DNA of 64,000 nt from NCBI GenBank assembly GCA_047495785.1, contig JBLDXI010000025.1, forward strand, positions 372,001-436,000, written 5' to 3'. Shown here one piece after another: positions 1 through 11,435 of the stretch (positions are counted from its first letter, which is position 1; the number at the start of each line of letters is the position of its first letter). The translations under genes and the position numbers were made by a program. The notes under the pieces are model-generated. The model saw only the letters and a program-made list of their open reading frames with translations, did no database searches and was not told where the DNA came from. The stretch comes from Lepidodermella squamata. Taxonomy: Eukaryota > Animalia > Gastrotricha.

Positions 1-872
1 ACTAAGAATTCCTCAGCCAAACCAGAAAATTGAAATTTCACCACCCAATACTGATAAAAAGAAATATTCATGATCTTCCGGTCCTTTAAAAATTGTCATC
101 CTATTCTCCGTTGATTTACTTTTTCATATTTCAAATCTCATTTCATATGTTGAATTTAAAAATTGCATGATTTGGGCAAATTTCAAGGAAAGAAAAATTT
201 CCGGTTATCATGAAATATAATTTTCTGCTATGACCTATGACAGCGCGACTTTGGGAAAAATATCACGTTTCTTCTGGCCAATGTCCAACTCCAAAAATAG
301 CTCAACAATTATTTACCATTGAACTTTGAACCAGTGAATTCCTGACAGGGCACGCGTTTGCTTGCTCGTCTTACTGAACTTACTAAACTTCAATTTTACA
401 GGTTTAAGGGTTTAAATACTTTGTCCCTAAAAATGACTGAATATTGGCGCGAAAGTATCGAGGAAAGAAGCGTTTTTGAACTAGTTCAAAAACTCAAAGC
501 ACTCGCCGTCCAGTTTCTTTCAAAATTTGAAAATATATATCGCGTGCTGTCTGGTTAAAGTTCATTCTATAATTAGATTAGATATTATTTCTTGAACACC
601 CTGTATAACGTTACAGAGTAGTGCTAGTTTTAACCGGCATGCGCTATTTTTAGGGTTGTACTTTGACCCTGCAAACCCGGCCTACAATGAACTTATCAGT
701 TTTCAATGGCTCAGTGTTTTAACATTAAAGATAAGTGTCGCGACTTTCGAAAAAATGTGAATGATTTTTCTTTCACTCTTGAAGCCATTAAATCGGAAAT
801 CGGGGCAAATTTATGAGCAAACCATATCGTTCGTGGCGCGGAAGAACCAGCACTTCAGGCAAAAAAACTCGT

Positions 873-1522
873 GTACACGAGTACAGTATTTTTACTCTGT
901 ACATTCTGGTACAGTTTTGCTGGCCGTAAATATCAGTACGGCTCACTCGGCTGTAGAGCGAGTACAGTTGATCCGGCTGTATATGAGATGTACAGTGCTC
1001 TCCTAACATTGGGTAGCATTGGGTACAGCTCATTGAGCTGTAGTCCAAGTACAGTCAAATGCACCGTACTTACTGAGTACAGGGGTGGCTGCCGTAATGA
1101 CTGTGCACGGTTCGTCCAAACCGTACTCGAAATTACAGCAATTCCCCATGTTTTATAACGTCGCACACCGCACAGAGATTCTCAAACTGGGGGCCGAGTC
1201 AGCCGGGGGTCATCTAATGATATTATTGAAACTGCAAAATTGCGGGGATTCGATATCGTTAGCGACGCGCCAAAACAACCACTTTACTATCTATAGATTT
1301 TATGAGGAAAGTACGTTCGAAATTAGGAAAAAATCGGTGTTCAAAAGGCCTAACGTACTTCAAAATTACGTTAGGCGACTAAAAGTACGATCGAATGAGT
1401 CATCTAAGTGGTTGTTTTGGCGCGTCGTTAACGATATATTTCTGGTCACCCATCCAGAAAAATATACGAAAATAGCGTTAGCTCAGAGAGCTAAGTGCCG
1501 CTAGGGATATGGTAAGGACTGG
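873..1522 (+). repeat. 650-bp direct repeat, copy A (copy B at 3468-4117)
   Basis: Offset 2595. ORF translations 933..1166/3528..3761 and 1085..1504/3680..4099 are identical, and no mismatch was seen by eye. Confidence 0.95.
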
Positions 1523-3444
1523 GATTCATAGTAAATTCGTAACCGCAAATTCGTACAGTGGTTGATTCATAACGTGATATTATCGTACAGAGTAAGTTCG
1601 TATCAATACATTTTCATATTAAAAGTGGTGACTTTTTCGTAGCAAAATAAATTATCATAATTTCAATTCGAAAGTGGTGATCTTTTCGTAACCGGACCTA
1701 AATGATAACACAAAATAGTGATCGTTTCGAAGCAAACGCGTGATATGATGTAATATTCTCGCCCTTAAAACCGTGGTTTCGCTGATTCGGCACCCATTCA
1801 TCGTGATTTTGCGTAAGATGCGTTGTACAATTTGCAATCAAGTTTGTAAAAATGAGCGCGGCCTTAAGATACATGTTGGGCGTGTGCACTCGGATAAGGC
1901 TAGGGTAGATGTAGCTGAAAATCATGCTGATAACACAGCTTCATCCTCTGCGGCGAGCCTAACTCTAAATAATACAACTATCTCTGGCCTGCTCCCGAGA
2001 GAAGCATCAACTCCGAGACTTACCGACTTGGCTCTTCCTCAGCCGCCGTTGTCGACCAGCGTAGTAGTACCCACGCAGCTCCCTGTTTTACCGACTGCTC
2101 CTCCGCTACCGGAGATTGTGCTCAACATTCGGAAACCTGGTGCTTTCGTGGTTTTCGCGACCGACGCCGACCTGATTCGGCTGGCAAGCAGCGAGCGTTG
2201 GTTTGTTGATGGCACCTTCAAGTGCGTTCCTGCCATCTTTTATCAGCTCGTGACCTTCTTATCGTTGGTTGACAATAATAAGTTTGGTATCCATGGTGGT
2301 TTCGTGCTGATGACTAACAAGACCGAAGAGCTGTACGAGAAGGTTTTCAAGTACCTTCGAAGCGAGATGGAGAGACTGGGTCCTATTGTTGTTACTCAAG
2401 TGACTTGTGACTTCGAATTGGCTCTACTCAACAGTCTTCGGGCGGTGTTTTTTGTTACTATTTTGGGCTGTCTGTTTCATTTTTGCCAGGCCATTTTGAA
2501 ACAAGTGTTAAAGCTCGGCCTCTGGAACGAGTACACTGAGCCAGGCTCCTTGGTGCGTAAGGCCGTTCGCAGATGTATGGCTCTGGGCCTACTCCCGCTT
2601 AACAACGTCCGAACAGCATTCTTTATCGTCCGTGAAGAAGCTCCTCAGCACGTCGAACTCAACTTGTTCTTCGAGTACTTCGAGAATTTTTGGTTTCGGA
2701 TCGGCATGGACTGCTGGAACGTCCACGGCCTCGATAAAAGGACTAACAACTTTGCCGAGGGTGGCAACAGCAAGATTAACAAAAAGGTTAAGGTGCCTCA
2801 TCCACATGTGTGGCGCTTTTGCAACGTCATGTTGGAGTTGGAAGCCGAAAATCGTGCTGCCCTCGACCAGATTCGAGTAAAAAATTACAAAGTGCCGACG
2901 AAGCGAGTCTATAAGCGCTTGAATGATCGATTTACTGAGTTTTGGAAAGACCTTGCTGCTGGTAGGATGGGTTTCATGCAGTTTCTCGATGCTGCGGCTA
3001 ATCAGCTTTCTCAGTTGAAGGAGAAGAAGCCGGCAGTTGATCGCTTGGGGCTTGATGATGAGGAAGGTGTTGCGCTGGACGTTGTTATTGAAGATGGCGA
3101 GGAAGAGTCGAGTGATGAAGAAACTGCTGATGAATAACTGCTAACACTCTGCCTTAATGTCTATCATCTGTTTAACTGTGTTTGAAGGGAACAATGTTAT
3201 AAGCGTTACGAATAGATCACGACTTCGTCTTAACTTGTTATGAAAGGACCGCTAAATTAAAATGTTACGAAATGATCACCACTTCGTCTTAATTTGTTAT
3301 GAAAAGATCACAAAATTAATTTTCGAAAATTAATTTTGCTATGAAAATCCGTTACGAAAAGATCACCGAAAGTGATATGAAAAGATACCTCGTTTGTACG
3401 AAAATATCACGTTACGAATTTGCGGGTACCAACTTACTATTCTC
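1521..3444 (+). mobile_element. Mutator-like (MULE) DNA transposon
   Basis: Imperfect TIRs: gggattcatagtaaattcgtaaccgcaaattcgta and tacgaatttgcgggtaccaacttactattctc. Subterminal motif gtgatcttttcgtaac repeated on the left and its reverse complement gttacgaaaagatcac repeated on the right. Internal transposase ORF. Confidence 0.8.
1818..3137 (+). CDS. MULE transposase with N-terminal C2H2 zinc finger (439 aa from ATG 1818)
   Basis: Motifs WFVDGTFK, VTCDFE, GCLFHFCQA and RTNNFAEG (D-D-H-E core typical of MULE transposases). N-terminal CTIC-x12-H-x4-H. Acidic tail. Uninterrupted. Confidence 0.9.
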   Translation: MRCTICNQVCKNERGLKIHVGRVHSDKARVDVAENHADNTASSSAASLTLNNTTISGLLPREASTPRLTDLALPQPPLSTSVVVPTQLPVLPTAPPLPEIVLNIRKPGAFVVFATDADLIRLASSERWFVDGTFKCVPAIFYQLVTFLSLVDNNKFGIHGGFVLMTNKTEELYEKVFKYLRSEMERLGPIVVTQVTCDFELALLNSLRAVFFVTILGCLFHFCQAILKQVLKLGLWNEYTEPGSLVRKAVRRCMALGLLPLNNVRTAFFIVREEAPQHVELNLFFEYFENFWFRIGMDCWNVHGLDKRTNNFAEGGNSKINKKVKVPHPHVWRFCNVMLELEAENRAALDQIRVKNYKVPTKRVYKRLNDRFTEFWKDLAAGRMGFMQFLDAAANQLSQLKEKKPAVDRLGLDDEEGVALDVVIEDGEEESSDEETADE

Positions 3445-3467
3445 GTGTACACTCGTGTACACTCGTC

Positions 3468-4117
3468 GTACACGAGTACAGTATTTTTACTCTGTACATT
3501 CTGGTACAGTTTTGCTGGCCGTAAATATCAGTACGGCTCACTCGGCTGTAGAGCGAGTACAGTTGATCCGGCTGTATATGAGATGTACAGTGCTCTCCTA
3601 ACATTGGGTAGCATTGGGTACAGCTCATTGAGCTGTAGTCCAAGTACAGTCAAATGCACCGTACTTACTGAGTACAGGGGTGGCTGCCGTAATGACTGTG
3701 CACGGTTCGTCCAAACCGTACTCGAAATTACAGCAATTCCCCATGTTTTATAACGTCGCACACCGCACAGAGATTCTCAAACTGGGGGCCGAGTCAGCCG
3801 GGGGTCATCTAATGATATTATTGAAACTGCAAAATTGCGGGGATTCGATATCGTTAGCGACGCGCCAAAACAACCACTTTACTATCTATAGATTTTATGA
3901 GGAAAGTACGTTCGAAATTAGGAAAAAATCGGTGTTCAAAAGGCCTAACGTACTTCAAAATTACGTTAGGCGACTAAAAGTACGATCGAATGAGTCATCT
4001 AAGTGGTTGTTTTGGCGCGTCGTTAACGATATATTTCTGGTCACCCATCCAGAAAAATATACGAAAATAGCGTTAGCTCAGAGAGCTAAGTGCCGCTAGG
4101 GATATGGTAAGGACTGG
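3468..4117 (+). repeat. 650-bp direct repeat, copy B
   Basis: Matches 873-1522. Preceded by a short stutter, ctcgtgtacactcgtgtacactcgtc (3442-3467). Confidence 0.95.
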
Positions 4118-5226
4118 ATATGGTAAGGATAATCCCTTCCAGTTCCATCGGTCCGCACGGTGAACTCAGTCAAAAACCAAAGGGGCGACCCTTATGTCGA
4201 TTTTCCGTATCCTTACCAGTTCCGCCGCCCCACTTCGCTATCTGCGTTAGCTAAAGCTCGCTGAAAACAGGGGACTGAAAATGCGCTCAAGAGCCCAATA
4301 GACTGGAAATTATAAGAAAAAAATATTTAAACTGCGTGAGCTTGGACGCAGAATTTCGAATTCTGAGCATCTTTTGCCACCCTGAAAAACGATAAAAATT
4401 GAAAAAACCGCAAGCTAGAAAGAATTTTTATTTTGGCTTCCCCAAGCCCTATGGGTTATTGGGTCAGAGTTGTCCACGCGTCTAAACACCAAGACCCGCT
4501 CCGGCCTGTCGTTATATATATTTCCAAATCCGGCTCGGCTTGCCCCAACCAAAGTACAGTATCATCTCCTGTACTTGAAGTACAGCATCTCACCTGTACT
4601 ATAAGTACGGTACCATTGGTCCGTACGTATGTGTACCGCCCGATTTCCACAGTACTCAGCAGTACGGTCGGCGTGCTGTACTGGGCTCTACAGCTTTTTC
4701 CAGCTGTAAAGCGAGTACAGGGCGTCTGCCGTACTTGATGTTACAGTCCGTTTGAACAGTACTGCTGTTTTACAGAGCCATGGACTGTACCATTCAGTAC
4801 TGCTGAACAAAGAAATAGGCGAAGTGCTGGTTCTTCCGCGACAAGAACGATATGTAAGCCTATTTCAATTGATTTTGCCTGAGCAAAAGTTGAGAATGTA
4901 ATTTTAAACTAATTAATCGTCTCTAAACGTTATGTAATCATTGTCCGTTTTCTTCTTGTGTCTGAAGTTTTTCTTCAGATATTCTGCAACATTATAAAAG
5001 TTAAAATTTATTCAGTTTACAGAAAAGGATATCAAGCCATATTAAAGGATTCCTTTGGGGATTCAGATTGAACAGCTTTTGTCGCCGTTTTCTCCTTTTG
5101 AATGACACCTACTTCTAGGAATTTCGACAACATTATAATGCTTTATTCACTTCACAGCGACAATCGACTATAAAATAACAATGGAAATACAGAGTAAGAC
5201 GCCATATGCAGTGAGAAACTTGAAAA

Positions 5227-7833
5227 TCACAAGCCCAAGTCGATTTGTTCAGCTTGCTCCGCTCGACGTGGACGAAAAATCAGCCCAAGGTTGAGCGACG
5301 CACATGCTAGGTTCATCGCTGACAGGGCCACGCGTTGCTTTCCTTGCTCCGTGAAAATGACCACCCCTATCACAGCACCAGCAGCCAGCAATAGAATTGT
5401 TCCATAAAAGCACTTCACCATGGCTTTCAAGTCATTTATTCGCTCGAAGGATCTCTGATGAAAAAAACAAGGTATTAGAGGTAGGGTCTACTGTTTCAAA
5501 CATACAGATCGAACAGCAAAGGCCGCCAGAGCCCCGTCAAGGACTAATATCACGAAAATTGCACAAAATATGCCAACGACAGCCTTGCTAAGGTATGAAT
5601 CGCGAACAAGGCATTCGATAACAACCTCCTGATATGCGATTGAGTCATCAATGGGTGACAGCTGAGGTGTCCGCAGGGTCGTGGTCAGCTCAAATGGTTC
5701 AATAAAAAACCAAATTGATAAAAGAGCAATCAAAAGAATAGGAACGCCCATAATAGCGACCAAAACAAATTTATGCGATGCAATAAAGGAGGCATCTATG
5801 TTGACAGGTGGCATAACTTTTCTTGCCTTACTAGCTACCCTGGCGGTGACTTTACGAGCACTTGTTGCTGGACTGAAGTTCAAGGTGCTTAACATTCCGA
5901 GGGTCCTGCTTTTAGGCCGACTAGCCAAGCTCAGCAACTTGGCTAGCTCTAATTTAGCAACCATAGCTGAGATCAAGAAAAAGATTCCAAGAAGCAAAAG
6001 ACCGTAAGAAGCCATGCAAAATGTAGCAAAGCCTTCTTGATACCAAGGCAACAGGATCAAATTGGAGCTCAACAGCAGTAGATCACCTAGCAAAATTAAA
6101 CCATTAAGTGTTGGCAAGGAATTCACGACCTTCTGCGATTTCCGAAATTTCAACATAGAAATAGCGGCCAACATAACCGTTAAAACCCCGAAACATGAAA
6201 GAATTGTAATTGCAACGTAACCTTCAGTTGAAATCAAAGGCAGGAGAATTTTCAAGATTCTAATCGAGTCAGGTGGAGCTTTTCCGCTATGGGTTCGCCA
6301 CTTCAGTTTTCCAGGTAACAACTCAATCCTTTTAGCTTTGGTGTCAAATGTTGCTATCGGGATCGCAATTGGGCTCGAGCTGTTGGGCAATAATTGAAGT
6401 TTGAAGAATCCGAAAATCACATTCCCACCAGAATTGATAGTCGTATTTCGCTCGAAAGCGATATTCCCCGTCTTTGCTGTAACACGAGTCGCAAAAAGTG
6501 CTTCCTTCAACCTCTGGACAATATAGCTTCCGTTCGACGCAAATTTCGTCCCAGAAGTCACCCAGTCGGTCAAAGACTGGTTTTCTCGTTGCAAAATTAA
6601 CTGTGTTGCGTTCAACACGTGGGCGGCTAAAAGCACACTGTCGTACGCATAATGGCGAAGAGCCCAACCGGTCTTCACCTGAGGATTGTCAATGCTGGAC
6701 ATAAGCATCGAGTCGAAGTCGGAGCCTGAATTCCCGAAAGAATCAACTAGATTTCCCAGCCCAAGAGCCATCGTGTTGGTATACCCGTATTGAATGACTG
6801 ATTCCGAGACTTCTCGCAACATTGCCTCCGTGCACCAATCTTGGAACCTCAACGGGTCATTTGATAGGAAAGGGGTCTGCATGGACACGATGATAACGTA
6901 GTTCGGTCCAAATAGTTTGTAGCGATGAAGCCAGCATGCGACGCGAACAGGCGAGGCCGAAGCGATATTGATGATTCTCGGATCATTGCGCTTCATTTCC
7001 TCTACAGCAGCGCGAATACTCTCTGAATCTGGCAAAGGTCCGTTTAGCAATGGAATCTTGTATTTGTCCAAGGTAGCGTTAAGGTTTAGTTCAAGCATCC
7101 TTTGCGTGTATATTTCGCCAGCGTATATTGAGTCTCTCATATCAGAGATGAGCGACAACTTTTTCCATCCCATAACTGCTATGAATGATATCAGAGAGTC
7201 AGAGGAAGTCGATAATGGTGGCGAAATCACGAAGAGATTTTGAAAACGATTCCTCTGTGTGAACGGTTCAGGTTGAAGAGTCCACTGAGCTAACTGGACA
7301 TAACAAAATTAAAATACGTCTATAGCATTTCCTATGAATGCGAATTTCCTACACTCAAAATGTTTTGATGCTGCAGAGTTTGCGCCAGGGAATAGTGAAG
7401 TGAGCATGTTGGGTAAAGAGCAAGAGGAAAGCGATTTGGAACTTGGTCATTCCTCCGCATTTCTGTGAAGAATCGCATGGTCGCCAATGGCTCGTTGCAC
7501 TGAAAAGGCTGGAATTAGGGGAATTTTTATTATGGTGAGCCAACTTACAACATCATCGATTGGGTCAATGGCAAGTTCGATTCCAGGAAGTAAATTTGGC
7601 TGTCTTTTTATGCTATCAAGGGCGTAGCGAATTCCCTCAGAGCATATCGGGCCGAGCGGAATGTTAAAGCCGCCATAATTGCAGGAGAGCAACAAAGTTA
7701 TTGTCGATCGGCTGGAGTCGTTCGCGTTGTAGGATGAAGACATAATTGCCGTTGGTATCAAGCTGTTCCAGGGCAGTTTTCCCTCAACAGCCATACAAAC
7801 AATCGAGATTAAAATAATTCGTACGTTTTTCAT
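5227..7833 (-). CDS. Divergent GABA-B-receptor-like class C GPCR (Venus flytrap + 7TM, ~815 aa)
   Basis: Predicted exons 7833-7549, 7499-7353, 7293-5506 and 5454-5227, with GT-AG introns of 49, 59 and 51 nt. Signal-like N-terminus. Motifs ALDSIKRQPNLLPGIEL..DDVC, QRNRFQNLF, MGWKKL, W..GKAPPD, SLPTLN..ILLG, AMVAK, INDLK and IFRPR parallel GABA-B receptor motifs. No Cys-rich linker. Confidence 0.8.
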
Positions 7834-8316
7834 TTTTTTAGGGCAAGATTTCGAATGCACATAAAATGCGATGCAGTGTTTACGAAAGAACAGCGAGGAC
7901 GGTAGCTCCTTAAAAGCTTCCGTTTTCCGATGAAGGCTCGCATTTCAGTAATATTCCGAAGTACCCCACAAGCGGGTTACGTGATTTCTCTTGCGATATC
8001 ACCCTTCTCGAATTTTGAGCTGAAGCGAAGCGGAAAAGAAGCGCTAAAGAAGCCTCTATCATTCAAAACCTAGAGAAACTCGGCATTTGAACACTTTTGA
8101 TAAGCTTGAACTTTGCGTTTCGCTCGCAAGTTTGTCCAGCGTAGTGCGAGTCATTTTTCCACTTCGTAACATGCTCTTGTTTCTGCGTACTGTAGCTCAT
8201 TCTGTCAGATGGCCTTCAAAACTTTTCTACTCTTTTTCAAACCACGATGAAAAATGATGCCTGTTAAACTGTAAAATAAAGTGACTTGATGCTCCAATAA
8301 ATATTTGCATTCATTT

Positions 8317-10128
8317 TTACTGCGCTGCGCCTTCAATGAAGCGGTTAACAACTAGCAAGCTTTTGCCGCACTGATCCATCGGAACCATGTGCCCAGCGTT
8401 TCGAATCACTGAGAACGCCAGCTGGCCAACTGATGTCCAGTAAGCATACGCCTCGCCATTCGCATCAGCCATAACCTCCCGCGGGGCATGTCGCCACTGC
8501 TCGTTGTACGGCCAGTTGAGTGTCAGTAAGAAGGTCGAAGTTCCCAGGGTCGGGATGATGATATCCAGATTACCACTGTAGTAGAGCGCTCGGACCTTTG
8601 TTTGCGTTAAAAGGTACTCAAGTCGCGGCTTCACCGAATACATCATATCGTTTCTGAGATACTTCTCAACGGTATTGTTTGGATCACTGAATTTAACCGA
8701 GCCAAGGTGGATTTTCGCCCGAGTCGAGTTAGCCAGCAAGTATTGGCGATACAGCTTGCTGTAAGGGCGTTTTTCGTTGCAAAGATTAATGTTATAGACG
8801 TTTTGGCAGCCAGTCACGTTTTGGAACAGCGTTGGGTGGTGGAAGTCGCCTTTGATGGTCAAGTCGAAGATGTCGAAAGCTGGGCCGTAGTCACCAGTGT
8901 TGATGTATTCGACGGCTAAAGCTGCTAGGCTGTTGAAGTAGTCGAGCGTTTTCTTATCGAATAAACCAACGCTGTAGAGATGCTCACCGCATGTCGGGAA
9001 AATCTAAATTATCAAAGAAAAGGGAGTTGTGTGGGTATGAACAAACTTGGATATTGAGGCCCACAGAGAACTGAGTGATCCTGAACTTTTCCCGTGCCTA
9101 AATAATATTCAGACCTCCTAATCTCCAATATTTTCAAATGAAAGCCCCATGAAAATTCATTCAGTCTTAAGGAGGATCCCGAGCTCGAAAGTCTAAGCCT
9201 CCTAGGTTCCCTCATCTATAAAAAGAATTCGAGCCTAGAATGAGCAGATTTTCTAGGTTGAAGTTTTTCAATCTCTACCCCCGACCCGTCTTGAAAATGA
9301 AGTCAAGATTTTCTTGAATACATTGGTTTCCTATTGCAAATAATATGGATAATACTTGCTCAAATAGCTCACGTTAATTGGATCTGTGAATCCGTTGCCA
9401 ACCATGATACCAGCCAGTTTAGCTACGGGTGAATTCAGTCCCCTTTTCTCGTAAAATTGTTCCATCTGTGCCAACTTCATGCCAATCGCTGGCGTGTATT
9501 TGCCGCCGTACGATTCGCCGCAAATGTACAACGGTAGTGGTTGCAGTTCCGGGAACAGCGTGTAGAACTGAACGAAAAACTTGTACAAATGATCCGCTAC
9601 GCCGTCTTCATCGACCCGAAAACCACTTGGGTCGTCGACAAATGAGAATCCAGCTCCGACTGGATTGTCGATGAAAACCATGTGGTACTTGTTGGTCCAA
9701 GCGTCCGCGCGAAGGCTTAAACTGAGGTCTTCGTTGACGATAATAGGGCCGTTTTCTTCAAAAACTGCAGAGACGGAGGGGGAGCCTGGGCCACCCTGTA
9801 ACCAGACTATCAATGAGGCGTTAGGATCCTACAGAACGCGACAAAAAGCGGTTATGAAAATTCGTGGATAAATGGTATTTACCTTGTTTCTGATGTTCCA
9901 GAAGTACATGTTCGCGTTAGTAACGTTATCGACCGTGATGAAACCAGCATATGACTCCATGCCAGGCAACAGTGGTTCAACAGACGACAACTGCTGGGCC
10001 TGTTTGATGGACCCCGCCTGAATTAAAGGAGTCAGAAAAAGGGACTGGCCTGGCCCTGGATCAGCTGCTTGCAAAGCTACGGCCAAGGCGCAAAGAATAT
10101 TCAAAACAGCCAGCATTCTCGAGAGCAT
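8317..10128 (-). CDS. CPVL: Serine carboxypeptidase, S10 family, CPVL/venom serine carboxypeptidase-like (~462 aa)
   Basis: Exons 10128-9883, 9828-9373 and 9003-8317. Signal peptide. Motifs LFLTPLI, ESYAGFITV, WLQGGPG, DNPVGAGFS, GESYGGKY (catalytic Ser), GNLD (Asp) and NAGHMVPMDQ (His). Confidence 0.93.
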
Positions 10129-11260
10129 TTTTAAGGCAAGGAAATCAGAGAGCAGGGGCTGAACTAGTACTAGATGTGCCTGTCACTCCATTTCCCGTGG
10201 ATCCTTGAGTGAGAAAACGAGGTCGGCTGTAGCAGATAAGATAGGCCAGCCATAATGTAGAACTTTATCATCCAGTAGATAGTGGTATGCGACCCTAACC
10301 TAAAAATGAGTACATATAGTATGTAGTATGTATATAGATATTTTTGGCAATCTTTCAATTAGTATAAGGGATAATGCAGATTGCAGATGATTAAAAGCCC
10401 AGTGTATAAATAACAGGGGACATACTCCCTGAGTTCGAGAGATCCGGCACGAAAAACACGGGAGACCCCTGAAATTTGGAATTTGGATCGAAAAACTCGC
10501 CCCGGCTGGAGGTTCCTACTTGAAGCTGCTTTGAGAAACAATCACAAACACAAGCAAGAGCGCGGGGAACATTAGGCCGAGACCAGATTTTCGGAATGGA
10601 AATGTATTGGCCTAGAAACTGGGCTAGTTCTAGTTATTTTCTGCCAAATTATGAGATTTATTTCTAAGCAGATACCAGAGTATGCTGGTCAGCGATGATT
10701 AACTGCTTTCCAAATTATCTCATAATTGTAATAGATTTGGCCGCATTCGATATCGGAAAGATTCCATAACGCCCGGGACTTGGAAACGGGGTTGAATCAC
10801 ATACAGCTGTCTCTTGAACTAGTTTATAATAAAGTTAACAGTTGAAAATGCATGTTGAGTTCAATTAGGTGCAAAAGGAAAAATAGAGTTGGTAACCGAG
10901 TACTTGAGAGGTAGCACACTTGAGCGCGCTCAAACTTATACAAATGCAGGTTGGTAGTTGCAACAGCTAATTTTTTACACGCTAACGCCGCCGGTGGGCG
11001 CTAATTGGATGCGTGTTATTTTAACGTAGCAGTGCTCATTAAAAACGGCGTTTGCGATTTATTTGCCCTATTAAACTCATGACATCTCCTTATAAAAATT
11101 AGAAAAAACGCCCTTCTGTGTTGGATGCAGGCCTAGGGAATATATGCCAAATTAACGAAGGAGCAGCTCACCATCGCACGTCAAATTTCTTCAACTTCTA
11201 ATGCAAAGTTGAAAAGGAAATGCTTTAAGCATCATGAAGAGCAAAAAATTGAAGCTCATT

Positions 11261-11274
11261 GTAATTACAATTAC
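11261..11274. promoter_or_regulatory. Conserved upstream palindrome GTAATTATAATTAC (variant) of the repeat-protein genes
   Basis: gtaattacaattac here; gtaattataattac at 36736-36749 and 40961-40974; gtgattataattac at 45492-45505. Each is preceded by gaagYtmawy and lies 114-175 bp before the ATG. Confidence 0.5.
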
Positions 11275-11435
11275 AGGCAAATAAGGAGAAGAGAGTTGCA
11301 CATATGCATTTATTACACTGATCATAGCGGCCTATGATGGCATCTTGTCAATTTGCGCCCACGTTATGAACACGCTCTGGCTCCTCAATCAACTTACAAA
11401 CTAATCGTAACAAATTCTAACCTCGTAAAATAAGT

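Larger units (their letters stand above)
823..4854. mobile_element. Non-autonomous TIR element (about 1.4 kb before the internal insertion/duplication) with GTAC-rich subterminal regions
   Basis: 34-bp inverted repeats: catatcgttcgtggcgcggaagaaccagcacttc (823-856) and gaagtgctggttcttccgcgacaagaacgatatg (4821-4854), 2 mismatches. Dense GTAC motifs at 870-1130 and 4550-4800. No TSD recognised. Confidence 0.6.

Noticed and set aside
1085-1504. 139-aa ORF (and its copy at 3680-4099) as a gene
   Set aside because: GTG start, no recognisable motif, and it lies in duplicated transposon DNA.
873-4117. LTR retrotransposon
   Set aside because: No TG..CA termini, PBS, PPT, gag or pol. The interior is a MULE with its own TIRs.
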